Below are positions 1 to 14,100 of a DNA stretch of 64,000 nucleotides, piece by piece. The position numbers and the translations under genes were made by a program. Each line of letters begins with the position of its first letter. Position 1 is the stretch's first letter. Below the pieces are notes generated by a model. That model was given only the letters and a program-made list of their open reading frames with translations, searched no databases and was not told the origin of the DNA. The DNA is from Octopus bimaculoides (Eukaryota), in NCBI RefSeq assembly GCF_001194135.2, contig NC_069006.1, forward strand, positions 21,784,640 through 21,848,639. The letters run 5' to 3'.

Positions 1-16
1 TGTCACTGGTACTTAC

Positions 17-83
17 CGGTGATGCCACAAAATTCAACATGCTATAACAGGAACGCCTCGATAATATATGAGTTAATTTGTTC
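17..83 (-). CDS. Candidate 67-bp internal exon of the minus-strand gene (xNKLTHILSRRSCYSMLNFVASP)
   Basis: Strong acceptor ttttttcactttctgagttctctccag| and consensus donor CCG|GTAAGT; exactly one open frame (phase 2 in, phase 0 out). Product not recognised. Confidence 0.5.
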
Positions 84-699
84 CTGGAGAGAACTCAGAA
101 AGTGAAAAAACTCGTAAAGCAGAAGACTAATTTCCCATAGTCGTAATGTTGTAAATTGTAATTTGTTCACAGTAAAATATTTTTCCTATAAAATTTATAA
201 TCCTCGTAAATAAATGGCAATAAAACCACAGCAGAATGTAAAGAATAGTTTATGTAAAGTAAAAAGAATGTGAAGATCATTTATACAAAAAAAAAAAGAA
301 AATATGATCGTTTTCTGAATCACTTTCACTAGACTCGCGTACACCACCACCACTTGTAGAAGCGATTACCGATTCACTAACACTTGGAGACAGACTTCTA
401 GATTTTTTTTTAAAAAACAAATCTAGTTTTTTTGTTGTTTAGAAGAAGCTTTTTTTTTTTCGCTCTCTATAAATTTCTCAGCAACATTCAGAAGTATTTG
501 TTACGGTGGTAGAAACTTGCCCTTACATGAACTCCCAAGGGTCGTTTGGACCTCAGTTGAGAACCACTAGGTCAATGGTTGTCACCTTGGGTCCGGCTCC
601 TGAGGGTTCATGCAACATAATAGTAAACTGGAAGTCCACAATAGTATTTTAAGGAGTTATGAAAAATTTTTTACTTTAGATGTACGTGGCCAATGTCCA

Positions 700-1027
700 A
701 TGCTAATGTCACAAATTAGCACCCATGCTGGTGGCACATAAAAAGCATTGGGCCTCACGGAAGCAATAACAAATGACTGAGACCTTTGGCAATGTACTGT
801 GCTTGAGTAGAAGACCCATCAAGCCAAGTGAATTCGTAGTTGAGGCAGATACCGGCGTCACACAACTGGCACCTGTGGGGGTGGCACATAAAAGTACCCA
901 GCCATAGAAAACCATGCCAAATCAGATTGGAGTCTTGTGCAACCCCTCAGTTTACCAGCCTTGGTCAAACAGTCCAACCCATGCCAGCATGGACAACGGA
1001 CGTTAAATGATGATGATGATGATGATG
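700..1027 (+). mobile_element. SINE family A, older subtype
   Basis: gtggcacataaaa units and a catgccagcatgga...(gat)n tail. Confidence 0.75.
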
Positions 1028-1162
1028 TATGTATGTATTGCAAGAAACAGCTAGGTTTCTTTCTCTAATGCTTTACATAGTTCAGCCTACACAAGTTCAT
1101 GTGTGAAAACCAAAATAGGAATTTTGAAAGAAGTTCCTATAAAATTAGTTTTTAAACATAAT

Positions 1163-1489
1163 GCCGTCTGACTGGCCTTCGCAGGATTTTCGAGCGAGAT
1201 CGTTGCCAGTGCCCCTGGACTGGCTCTTGTGCGGGTGGCACATAAAATACACCATTTTGAGCGTGGCCGTTGCCAGTACCGCCTGACTGGCCTTCGTGCG
1301 GGTGACACGTAAAAGCACCCACTACACTCTCTGAGTGGTTGGCGTTAGGAAGGGCATCCAGCTGTAGAAACTCTGCCAAATCAGATTGGAGCCTGGTGTA
1401 GCCATCTGGTTTCACCAGTCCTCAGTCAAATCGTCCAACCCATGCTAGCATGGAAAGCGGACGTTAAACGACGACGATGATGATGATGA
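1163..1489 (+). mobile_element. SINE family A (RTE-type (GAT)n tail), young copy with internal tandem ~60-bp units
   Basis: Contains gtggttggcgttaggaagggcatccagctg and ends catgctagcatggaaagcggacgttaaac(gat)n; near-identical to the copies at 22335, 28052 and 30794. Confidence 0.85.
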
Positions 1490-3100
1490 AAGGCTATGGA
1501 GGTCCACCAGAATAGAATAGCAATCAAATGGGTCCATAGGCAAAAAATGGTTGAGAACCCCTGCCCTAAATGTGATATGCCATCAACACCCTTTAGTTTA
1601 GTATGCCTGTGAGACATTGGTCATTTCGTCATCATTTAATGTCCATTTTCCCATGCTTGCATGGATGAGAGAGAATTTCTTGAGACTGATTTTTTTCTAC
1701 AGCTGGATGCCCTTCCTGTCATCAACCCTCACCTGTTTTCGAGCAACGTAATACTTCTCCATAGTTGGACTTGTTTTTCATGGAAGACTGGGAATGAACA
1801 AACTTGCTTGAATGATGCTGCTCGTGCTGCCAACTTATGACCATCACACAGTGTCTAGACAAAGGCACACACACACGCACGCTTACATACTAGACACTGT
1901 TTTCTTGATAATAATAGGGTTTGAGTTTTTCTCTTTGCTATTAAAAAAGAGAGACAATATCAAAGGATTCTTTCATATTNNNNNNNNNNNNNNNNNNNNN
2001 NNNNNNNNNNNNNNNNNNNNNNNNNNNNNNNNNNNNNNNNNNNNNNNNNNNNNNNNNNNNNNNNNNNNNNNNNNNNNNNNNNNNNNNNNNNNNNNNNNNN
2101 NNNNNNNNNNNNNNNNNNNNNNNNNNNNNNNNNNNNNNNNNNNNNNNNNNNNNNNNNNNNNNNNNNNNNNNNNNNNNNNNNNNNNNNNNNNNNNNNNNNN
2201 NNNNNNNNNNNNNNNNNNNNNNNNNNNNNNNNNNNNNNNNNNNNNNNNNNNNNNNNNNNNNNNNNNNNNNNNNNNNNNNNNNNNNNNNNNNNNNNNNNNN
2301 NNNNNNNNNNNNNNNNNNNNNNNNNNNNNNNNNNNNNNNNNNNNNNNNNNNNNNNNNNNNNNNNNNNNNNNNNNNNNNNNNNNNNNNNNNNNNNNNNNNN
2401 NNNNNNNNNNNNNNNNNNNNNNNNNNNNNNNNNNNNNNNNNNNNNNNNNNNNNNNNNNNNNNNNNNNNNNNNNNNNNNNNNNNNNNNNNNNNNNNNNNNN
2501 NNNNNNNNNNNNNNNNNNNNNNNNNNNNNNNNNNNNNNNNNNNNNNNNNNNNNNNNNNNNNNNNNNNNNNNNNNNNNNNNNNNNNNNNNNNNNNNNNNNN
2601 NNNNNNNNNNNNNNNNNNNNNNNNNNNNNNNNNNNNNNNNNNNNNNNNNNNNNNNNNNNNNNNNNNNNNNNNNNNNNNNNNNNNNNNNNNNNNNNNNNNN
2701 NNNNNNNNNNNNNNNNNNNNNNNNNNNNNNNNNNNNNNNNNNNNNNNNNNNNNNNNNNNNNNNNNNNNNNNNNNNNNNNNNNNNNNNNNNNNNNNNNNNN
2801 NNNNNNNNNNNNNNNNNNNNNNNNNNNNNNNNNNNNNNNNNNNNNNNNNNNNNNNNNNNNNNNNNNNNNNNNNNNNNNNNNNNNNNNNNNNNNNNNNNNN
2901 NNNNNNNNNNNNNNNNNNNNNNNNNNNNNNNNNNNNNNNNNNNNNNNNTGCGTACGAGTAGGAAAAACGTTTATCAAAACAACACGGTTAAGGGAAGTTT
3001 AAGGTAAATGTCACTTTCTTCTTCTCTTTGTGCGCTCACGTGTTTCAAAAAAGAAAAAAACTTGTGTTCCACACATGAACACACATAAGCATACATACAT

Positions 3101-3137
<37 letters not shown>

Positions 3138-3503
3138 TTTACGATGGCTTGAAAAGTAGAGCTGCCTAATGTTGTGCCTTCATTTCACGCTCACTAACGC
3201 AGCCGTTCCACACAGGAACCCGATACAAATAAGTATAAGAGGAAGACGAAAAAAAAAAGAAAAAGGAAAGAAAGAAAAAAACTGCTGGCAATCAATTCGA
3301 TATGATCGACTAAAAAACATCTCAAAAATATTGCCACCGCCGCCAACATTACTGCAGTCAAATGACAGGAAACAGCGAGAGAATTAAGAGAATAAATAAT
3401 AAATAATATGTATTTATATAGGAGTATACGCGTATGTGTACATATATATATATATTTATGTTTGTATATGTATACATTTACACAAACACACATCATGTGT
3501 ATA

Positions 3504-3539
<36 letters not shown>

Positions 3540-3602
3540 AGCAGAAGCATATATACTCATATTTTGAATTCTATATTTCCTGTTTGCATCTCTCTCTCTC
3601 TA

Positions 3603-3635
<33 letters not shown>

Positions 3636-3669
3636 TACACACACACCTATCTATCTATCTACCTGTCTG

Positions 3670-3701
<32 letters not shown>

Positions 3702-6700
3702 CCTGTCTATCAATCTATCATCTATCTATCACAAATCAATGAAGTTAAGCATAATATGTACTCTAGAAATCACATAAAAAGAATATATATATATATATAT
3801 ATATATANNNNNNNNNNNNNNNNNNNNNNNNNNNNNNNNNNNNNNNNNNNNNNNNNNNNNNNNNNNNNNNNNNNNNNNNNNNNNNNNNNNNNNNNNNNNN
3901 NNNNNNNNNNNNNNNNNNNNNNNNNNNNNNNNNNNNNNNNNNNNNNNNNNNNNNNNNNNNNNNNNNNNNNNNNNNNNNNNNNNNNNNNNNNNNNNNNNNN
4001 NNNNNNNNNNNNNNNNNNNNNNNNNNNNNNNNNNNNNNNNNNNNNNNNNNNNNNNNNNNNNNNNNNNNNNNNNNNNNNNNNNNNNNNNNNNNNNNNNNNN
4101 NNNNNNNNNNNNNNNNNNNNNNNNNNNNNNNNNNNNNNNNNNNNNNNNNNNNNNNNNNNNNNNNNNNNNNNNNNNNNNNNNNNNNNNNNNNNNNNNNNNN
4201 NNNNNNNNNNNNNNNNNNNNNNNNNNNNNNNNNNNNNNNNNNNNNNNNNNNNNNNNNNNNNNNNNNNNNNNNNNACAGCATTACTATCACAGCAGTCGCT
4301 ACTGCTGCTGCTGCTGTCGTTAATAATAATAATGATTATTATTATTATTATTAAACTCTGTCAAGGTGGCGGCTTGGCAGATTCGTTAGCACATTTCTTC
4401 CGTCTTCAAATGATCCGAGTTCAAATTCCGCCGAGGTCGACTTTGCCCTTTCATCCTTTCGGGGTCGATAAATTAACTTGTTTCAGTCATTTGACTGCGG
4501 CCATGCTGGAGCACCGCCTTTAGTCAATCAAATCGACCACCCCAGGACTTATTCTTTGTAAGCCTGGTACTTATTCTGTCGGTCTCTTTTTGCCGAACCG
4601 TTAAGTTACGGTTGTTGACTGTCACTCTAAATGATTGTATTTTATTTTATCATAAAAGGGGGGATAGATTTAGTTGCATTATCCAAGGGGAAAGGGTGGC
4701 AATCATTCATGTATGATGATGATGATGATAATGAAAGCTGTTTGTTGGATAGAGGCCATGTATGAAATAAAATAATGAATGAATGAATGATTGTGATGCT
4801 GCTGTTGATGGCGATGAAGATATTGTATTCCACAATGGTGGTGATCACTTATGTTTATATATTTGTGTATGTAAATAGATGCATGTGTTTATGTATGCCA
4901 TGTATGTTTGTGTATGTATGTATCAGTGAATATACGTATGTTTGTATGGGTGTATGTATGCCTGTTTGTGTAAGTAGATGTATGCATGTGTATGTGTGTG
5001 TGTATATATATATATATGTACGTATTTTTATATGTAAATATGTATATGTATGTGTTTATGTGTATATATATATATATAAAATTAAGGAAATAAAAATTTT
5101 TTGTGGAAAATTTTCATTTTCATTTTGGTGATACCATCTCCGAAGGAATGCCTACTGTTTATATAATGGCAATATTGTGGTGACGACGGTAGGTGATAAT
5201 CAATTCACTGGTGGTGCTATTATTATAAATGGCAAATGAGCTAAAATCCTGCAAAGGTCGATTTTGTCTTTCATCCTTTCCAAAATAAAGAACCCAGTCA
5301 AGTACTTGGAACTCGAGGTAACTGATATGACCCCCTACCATCAAAACTGTAACTCTTGGGCCAAAATTTAAAAAAGAATCATTTACAAACGGCAATGGAT
5401 GGATTCGAGACAACGACGAAGCTCTTAACCAGACAAGGACATCAGTTTTTCAAGGAGCGGGCCGCATGAAACATGGTTCATCAACAGGCGGGCCGCACTA
5501 CTAAAAGAAAATACGAGGTAACTTTTTTTTTTGTTAGGTGTGCCATTCAGAAAGCCACGCGGAACCTGTTGATTGCCTGTGACAGCTCTAAAGGAATGGT
5601 CGACCTGTTTAGAAATAGCAGCCAAATCTTCCTCAAATCACATCCCTACACTCTGTGTCTCTTACACATGCAGATGGAGAAAAACGGAAAGCCACGTTAC
5701 ACAACGTAATTACAAATACCCGTAAAAAAAAAAAAGACCTAGGGGTGGTGGACCTAAGGGGGTTAAAAGCACAAGGGCCACAGCAATATGGTGATGGTGT
5801 TAAGAATTATAACAAATACGGCGATGAAAGTGAAGAAGATGATAATGATATCGCACATTGTCAAAAGGTCGTAATTTAAGGACACGGTCGTTCGACAGAA
5901 TCGCTCTCAGATATTTGTTAACTGGCAATTAAACTATTGGCGATCCTTCGATACTGATCTATACAGGAGTCGATTCGAGAAGACGACGCCATTCACCCTT
6001 TCTATCTATGTCATAAGAGGAGGGAGGTTGTGTGATTTCGTAGAGCTCCCAAAAAACGGCGAAGTGCAAGGTCGGTCGATCTCAGCTGGATTCGAACGCA
6101 GAACCGAAAACGGGGACGCGGCTGAATACGCATGTTAAGTTATCTGTCAATGATGGTGATGATGATGATGATGATGACGATGGTATAATAGTGGTGGAGT
6201 AGTTTGGGCATTTCTATTGCTTTCATTGTTTTGCATGTATTAACAAGTTTTATATTTTGGTCAAACCAAGATAAAATAGGTCGAAGCATGTGTGTGTGTG
6301 TGTGTGTGTGTGTACATACACATACAAAATCACGAGTGGGTGTTGAAAAGTTCCTGGCTTTAAGGGCGTTACATACATATATACACATACATACACACGC
6401 ACCCACACATATAGACAGAGGCAAAAAATATGCACACCATCCGTTTTCGGTGTAACTCTAACCCTAAACATTGGGTGTGCGTATTCTTTACTTACGCCTA
6501 TATATATTAAAGTCTGTTAAAGTCTGTCATACCGGCCATGATGAAATACCACAAGGTATAGAAAATACGTATTCGCCTTTATATAGTTAATCCTTTATAT
6601 TGAACACTCAATATTTCATCTATTCAATAAGACATATTCCATATATTCAATAAGACATTCAATACTTTATTTCATTGTACCATCCATTTTTATTTTATAT

Positions 6701-8049
6701 TATATATTGTATATTATATTATATATTGTATATTCCATATTCTATACCCCACATTGGTTTTGCAGGAATATAAATAAAACATAAAAAACAGACAGTGTTG
6801 GAACTCTTTTAAACAAAATAATATATTCCTCTATNNNNNNNNNNNNNNNNNNNNNNNNNNNNNNNNNNNNNNNNNNNNNNNNNNNNNNNNNNNNNNNNNN
6901 NNNNNNNNNNNNNNNNNNNNNNNNNNNNNNNNNNNNNNNNNNNNNNNNNNNNNNNNNNNNNNNNNNNNNNNNNNNNNNNNNNNNNNNNNNNNNNNNNNNN
7001 NNNNNNNNNNNNNNNNNNNNNNNNNNNNNNNNNNNNNNNNNNNNNNNNNNNNNNNNNNNNNNNNNNNNNNNNNNNNNNNNNNNNNNNNNNNNNNNNNNNN
7101 NNNNNNNNNNNNNNNNNNNNNNNNNNNTATATATGTTCATCGGCTAAATATTTTCAGGCTATTTGTCTCTATTTACATATTACATATATGCATGTATATT
7201 TCATACATCGAGCCCAAGTGGTTTTATTTATTTGGATCATTATCTCCCTATATGTACACACACACACACACACACACAGAGTAACAATTGGAAAATATAT
7301 ATATAGAACGTGGACGTAGTCGAACAGCAATAAATGATAAAGCTGCCACGTGAAAATCGAACCCAGACCCTTCGGTTGACACCGAAGGGCATTGTCTACG
7401 AGCTAAACAGCTGTTTACACACACACAAAAGCGCGATCGTGCGTACATGTGTCTTGTGTTTGACCCACGACGACCAGTGTTGGTTTGTTTACGTCCTCGT
7501 AACTTAGCGGCTCGGCAAAAAGGGAACCCGAAGGATAAGTACAAGGCTTAAAATAAAACAAGTACCGAGGCTGATTCCTTCGACTAGAACCCTTCAAGGC
7601 GGTGCCCCAGCATGACCGCAGTCCAGTGACTAGAACGAGTCCCTTCAAGGCGGTGCCCCAGCATGACCACAGTCCAGTGACTGGAACGAGTAAAAGATAG
7701 ATAAAGATCACTAAAACCTCTTTAATTATATTTATGTCTGTTGATCGGAGAATAAATAACAGGATAATATTTTTCTTTTAAAGAATGATGCTAGAAGGTT
7801 GACGAACCCCCAGTCCGGAGCCCAGGGTGAAACAGGAAGGGTTAAAATTTTATATAATTCAGGTCGGTAGGTGATTTGTGAGGAAGAATTAAGACTGATA
7901 GAAACGTTGATCTGTAAGAGATGAGTAAAGATTGAGGAGGACTCGGGAGACTGACCAACGTCTTAAGTCTGTAATATGCTTATGTTATGTGTGATGTTAT
8001 TAATAAGGTTTGTGACAGGTTTAAGCTGACTGTACTTGAAGATTAGGAG

Positions 8050-8560
8050 AAATTAGAGGGTGAAGAGGAGAGAGAGAGAGGTGAAGAAAAATAGAGAAGG
8101 AGAAAGGGAGAGAGAGAAAAAGACAGAGAAAGAAATGTTAAGAGAGAGGGGGGAGTGGATTAGAAAGAAAAAGGAAGAAAAAATAAAGATGATATTCGTT
8201 AAATAAGTGACGTATACATAAAGAGATGGGAATGAGTGAGAAAAAAGAGAGAAAGACAGACAGGTAGAAAGAAGGCAAAGAAAGAGTGGGTGGGAGAAAG
8301 GAGAAATGCAAAGAGATTAACAGAGAGGGAAAGAGAGAGGGGGGTGGAGAGGAATGGACAAAGTAAGCTTAGAGAGAAATAAAGAGAGGGAGGATAAAAG
8401 GGGGAGGAGAGAAATAAAGACGGGGAAAGAAGAAATAATAGAGAAAGAGAGACAAAATACTGTAAAAAAAGGGAGGGAGGGATGAAATAGAAAGAGAGAC
8501 TGACAGAAGGGGAGGGAGAGAGAGAGAAAAGCAGGCAAGAGAGACGGGGGGAGAGGTGAG
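8050..8560. repeat. ~500-bp polypurine (GA-rich) low-complexity tract; comparable polypyrimidine tracts at ~15870-16300 and ~18330-18720
   Basis: Strong strand asymmetry of A/G content. Confidence 0.85.
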
Positions 8561-8691
8561 AAAGTGGTGGTGGTGTTTCGAATAAACTTAATCTGTATGC
8601 GTGCGTGCGTAGTGTCATCTGACGTGCAGTTTTAAGTAACACAGTTAATTTAGAGACATATGTCGGTACATAAATAGAAACAGACAGACAG

Positions 8692-8725
<34 letters not shown>

Positions 8726-10322
8726 ATAGGGAAATAGATAGATAGATAGTTATATAGATGGATAGATAGATAGATAGATAGATAGGTAGAGAAGATGTGT
8801 TTTGAGTTATATAATCCAGTCCAGTAAGCATGAATCGTGTGGTAACAGTGATATAAAATATGTTATAAAGATGAGAGAGAGAGAGAGAGAGAGAGAGAGG
8901 AAGGGAGAGACAGACAAACAGATGTCCTTACTTGAAAAAGAAAGAGAGGAGGAGGAGGAGGAGGATAATGATAATAATTATGGTGTTGGTGGCGATGGCG
9001 ATACACACACACACACACACAAATTTCTTTTTATTTCTTTGGCTTCAGTCGAAATGCAGCCATGCTGGGGCACCACCTTGAAGGTTTTTAGTCCAACAAA
9101 TTTTGTTTCAAGACTACTATTCATTGCTTNNNNNNNNNNNNNNNNNNNNNNNNNNNNNNNNNNNNNNNNNNNNNNNNNNNNNNNNNNNNNNNNNNNNNNN
9201 NNNNNNNNNNNNNNNNNNNNNNNNNNNNNNNNNNNNNNNNNNNNNNNNNNNNNNNNNNNNNNNNNNNNNNNNNNNNNNNNNNNNNNNNNNNNNNNNNNNN
9301 NNNNNNNNNNNNNNNNNNNNNNNNNNNNNNNNNNNNNNNNNNNNNNNNNNNNNNNNNNNNNNNNNNNNNNNNNNNNNNNNNNNNNNNNNNNNNNNNNNNN
9401 NNNNNNNNNNNNNTGATTTAGTATTCGGCTCACGATCATAAAGTCGTGAGTTCGATTCCTATGTCCTTCAACAAGACACTTTATTTCACGTTGCTCAAGT
9501 GCACTCGGTTGGCAAAAATAAGCTGTACCTGTATTTCAAAAGAGGAAGGGAGAGACAAAAAGATATCCTTACTTCAAAGAGAGAGAGAAAGACAGAGAGA
9601 GAGAGGAGGAGGGGAGGGTAATCATAATTATGGTGTTGGTGGCGATGGCGATACACACACACACACACACAAATTTCTTTTTATTTCTTTGGCTTCAGTC
9701 GAAATGCAGCCATGCTGGGGCACCACCTTGAAGGTTTTTAGTCCAACAAATTTTGTTTCAAGACTACTATTCATTGCTTCAGTTTCTTGCCGAACTGCTA
9801 AGTTACAGGATGTAAACAAACGAATGCAGGTTGCCAAGTAGTGGTGGTAGGGAGACACACAGACAGACAGACAGACACATATATATCTATGCATATCACA
9901 TGTGTACACAATAAAGATGAATGAAGGTATATCAAATATCACACAATTCTCGATTTTTATTAAAATGATGTTCCCTTCGAGAGAGAAGAATAAACGAATG
10001 GTTTATGATGAGAAGAGGAAATAATGTTAAAGAAGAAAGAATTGTTTGAACTCGGCATGTCATTATGGAAACGGTAACCTGATTGACTGGAGACAAAAGG
10101 GACAGAGTTGCAAGGCAAATGCCAGCCTCAATAAATATTGGCAATGAAGATATGGAGGTGTTCTACTTGTCTCCAACGTAGGAGGTACTTAGACAAACAA
10201 AAAAGGTTAGAAAGCATTTATTGGCCCAGGGTAGCAATATACAAACATATGTGCATGTATATATATATATACAGTGAGTCTTGCAGCAATTTACTTAGCC
10301 CCCTCAAGACACACACACACAT

Positions 10323-10542
10323 TTGAGGGGGTGCTGAAAAGGTCCTGGTTTGGGTTAAAAAAAAAATACAGGGAGATTAGTTAATTATGATTTTATCCAA
10401 CATGTTTCCCTCTCAGGTTCACACACTTATTGAAGCAGTCCTTCAGTTTTTCTAAGCCTTTTCAAAGAACTTGGAAGATTGGGTCTCCAACCAAACCTTT
10501 TGCGATACCTTTTTGAAGCCACCAACTCTTCAGTATCCCCTT
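10323..10542. mobile_element. Mariner-derived MITE, same family as 40775-40991
   Basis: GAGGGGGTGCTGAAAAGGTCCTGG left TIR and shared internal sequence in the opposite orientation; right end decayed. Confidence 0.7.
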
Positions 10543-10804
10543 ATGCTTATGTTGGTGTGTTTATGTCCCTGTAAGTTAGCAGTTCGGCAAAAAAAAAAAA
10601 GACCGACAGAATAAGTACTAGGCTTACAAAGAATAAGTCCTGGGGTCGATTTGTTCGACTAAAGGCGGTGCTCCAGCATGGCTGCAGTCAAATGATCGAG
10701 ACAAATAAAAGAGTATACACGCACACACGGGTACATATATACATGTACACACACATACAGATACATCTATAAAGACATACATTCTCACATATACATAAAC
10801 ATCT

Positions 10805-10853
10805 ACTTATATATATATATACATACATACATTCATATACAAAGATGTGTGTG

Positions 10854-10897
<44 letters not shown>

Positions 10898-10927
10898 CAT
10901 ACATACATTCATATACAAAGATGTGTG

Positions 10928-10961
<34 letters not shown>

Positions 10962-10996
10962 CATACATACATTCATATACAAAGATGTGTGTGTAT
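10805..10996. repeat. Minisatellite, ~3 copies of (TA)n-catacattcatatacaaagatgtgtg
   Basis: Directly visible tandem units running into a gap. Confidence 0.85.
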
Positions 10997-11107
10997 NNNN
11001 NNNNNNNNNNNNNNNNNNNNNNNNNNNNNNTATATATATATATACATACATACACACACTTATGCTTACACACACATATGTTCAATGATACACATATGCA
11101 TACATAT

Positions 11108-11141
<34 letters not shown>

Positions 11142-14100
11142 CGATATACCCATAGATATACACCTCTAACGTACATGTGTATATTTTATAGCACAGATAA
11201 TGTGCCTGCTTTACAAGAGATAGACTCTTTCCATATTATCAGATGATGATAACGATAAAAAAGTTATTTGAAATGTTATGTGTAAATGGTCACGTAAAGG
11301 ATAGAAATTCTGGTCTCATTTTCATGTTGTTTGTTTTTTTGTTTTGTTTTTGTCATATTCTATTGTAATACAGTAGCAAGTGATGATTTGAAAACATGAT
11401 ATATTTGGACAATAACATCATCATCATCATTGTCATCACTATCATGATCATAATTGTCATTGGCATTATTACTGTCATCATTACTGACATTATCATCATC
11501 ACCAACATTATTGTCAATTATCATTGTCGTCATTGTCACTGTCGTCATCATCATTATCATTATCGTCATCATCATCGTCGTCATCGTCATCATTCTAATG
11601 TCCACTTTTCCATACTTGCATGGGTTTCATCTTTTGCTTGTTTCAGTTAACATAATGTGGCCATGCTGGAGCACAGCTTCAATGAATAAAAAAAAAGTTG
11701 AATGGTTTGACCCCAGTACTTTTTTGTTTTTTTAATGTCACAAACAATCACTCACTCTTTCCATAATGAATCATTGATTAAATCATTAAAGAGACAAATC
11801 AGGTAACTTTCACTTTCACTTCATAAGCATTTAATGCCAATTTGCTTTTCATTTTCACTTCTGCACTCTTGCTCTTCAGTGGAAAGTAAATAACTCTTTC
11901 TTTCTTCTACCTTGTGGTCTTTATTCTGTATCTCTGTGTTCAGAGTTCAAATCCTGCTGAGATCAACTTTGTCTCTTATTCTTTTTCGCAGGTGAGTAAT
12001 ATAAGAAAAAGGCTAATCTAGGGCAGTGGATTAGTAGAGCTATAAGAACATTAAATCAAATGTCTTGCAGTTTCTGTCCTAGTTCTTTGTGTTCTGAGTT
12101 TAAATACTGCCAGCAGATTTAATCTGTCGTTTGGTTTTGCACCACTAACTAACACTTTGGATGCTTTTAGTGGAATCTCCTCTATTGTAAGCATTCATGC
12201 TAGGATGAACAACAGCCCCTAAGACTAGAACTGATTTCAGGGCCTTTGAGACAGGTGTGAAACTCGAATCCTGGTCCAAACTTTTACACAAGCATGGCTG
12301 TGTGAGTAAGAAGCTTGCTTCCCAACTATGTTGGTCTATGGTTCAATCTCACTGCACAACACGTTGGGCAAGTGTCTTCTTATATAGCCACAGACCAACC
12401 AAAGCCTTGTGAGGGGATTTGATAGACAGAAACTAAAAGGAACATGTTGTATATGCATGGTGCCTTGTCTTGACATCATGTGATGGTTGTAAATGGGCAT
12501 CACCATCATACAAGTGATGTTTGTTTCCAGCCTTTTATCGAACCATGGGGAAATATCACTTTGTCTGGTAACATGTGAGGGTTGGCAACAGGAAGGGCAT
12601 CCAGCTGTTGAAGATCTGCCTCAATAAATTCCATCTGACCTATGCTACCATGGAAAATGAATGATTAGGATGATGAGGACAGTCATAACTTAGAGCTCGA
12701 AATGTTTTAAGATTTCACTCCCCACAACAACTGAACTTATTCAACATTCCACGAACTCTTCATTAAACGAATAAGTTTGATCCCTTTAGGACCCAAGTTC
12801 AAACGCTATTGGGCACATTTTTTTTTTGCTTTCCTGGGGGTAGATTGCCATCATCATCATCGTTTAAATGCTCACTTTTCCATGCTTGCATGGGTTAGAT
12901 GGAATTTTGTCAAAGCAGATTTTCAACAGCCAGATGACCTTTCTGTCACTAACCCACAACTGTTTCAAAGCAAGGTAAATATTTCCCCACGACCAAACAA
13001 GTCTTCGTGAAAGATTGGCAACGAAGAACACCGCTTGCATGACGGTGACATTCGCTTACAACTATCACACGATGGAGACAATATAACACACGCACACACA
13101 CACACGTATGATCCGGGCTTGTTTCACTCACAAAGCTTTGGTCGGCACGGGACTATCCATTGTAGAAGTCACTTGCCCAAGGTGCTGCGCAGCGGGACTG
13201 AACCCCAAGCCCACACGGTTAGGAGGCAAGCCTCTTGACTACACAGTCACGTCTGCGCTTATGAATTAATAATTTCGCTAGAATGAAAATTAAACCTTCT
13301 TGAAAAATTAAAATTAGATTAATTAGTCATCAAACTCCCACCTCCCAGAATAAAAGAGTTTCTTTTAATTATTCCAATGTCCCATGTTTTTGTTTACATT
13401 AAGTAGCAGAAACTGAAGTGTTTGGTTACAAGTTTTAGTTTTCCTCAATGGCACGGATTGTTTCAAGTACTAGGTCAACTTTTGATCAAAAGGAATTGTT
13501 GCCATGACCATCACGTCTTTTTCAGGAGATATCTATGAATATTATTGTCCAACGAGCCTGTCCCTGTTTAAGGCAGTGGGGATGTGTGATTAACATAGAT
13601 CTGGCTACTATTTCCAGCAGACTGAGCAACCACGTGGAGGCACTTTCGTTGACCCGGATTGTATAGTAGCTGTTTGTTTTCCCCCCACCCGCCCCCCTTA
13701 GGTCACACTTTCATTGAGCGTATAACCGTGATCAAAGCAAAGAAATTCATTCAAACCATGACCAATCCGAGAAAGAAGTGTTATCGAAAGGAAGGAGGCA
13801 GACGAAAAAATGCCAAAAAAGAAAATGAAATAATTAGTTTCAGAATCGTAAAAAAAAAAAAAAAAAAAAAAAAAAAANNNNNNNNNNNNNNNNNNNNNNN
13901 NNNNNNNNNNNNNNNNNNNNNNNNNNNNNNNNNNNNNNNNNNNNNNNNNNNNNNNNNNNNNNNNNNNNNNNNNNNNNNNNNNNNNNNNNNNNNNNNNNNN
14001 NNNNNNNNNNNNNNNNNNNNNNNNNNNNNNNNNNNNNNNNNNNNNNNNNNNNNNNNNNNNNNNNNNNNNNNNNNNNNNNNNNNNNNNNNNNNNNNNNNNN

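Noticed and set aside
3194-3350. Minus-strand acceptor at ~3350 followed by YNVGGGGNIFEMFF..., phase-compatible with the 15368 donor
   Set aside because: No credible donor before the frame runs into T-rich low complexity, and the acceptor resembles a SINE motif (tcatttgactgc).
7590-7691. 51-bp tandem duplication
   Set aside because: Lies entirely inside a family C SINE tail; an ordinary slippage event.
7785-7870. TTGACGA-ACCC...GGGT-GAAAC hammerhead-like motif
   Set aside because: C3 is mutated and I could not form stem I or stem III around a GTH triplet; at most a Penelope-type relic.
8974-9779. 156-bp exact direct repeat (8974-9129 and 9624-9779) on either side of a gap
   Set aside because: Perfect identity ending exactly at the gap edge suggests contig overlap or haplotype mis-assembly; it cannot be called a real duplication without long reads.
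11756-11900. Strong minus-strand donor AGA|GTGAGT
   Set aside because: No acceptor gives an open reading frame up to it.
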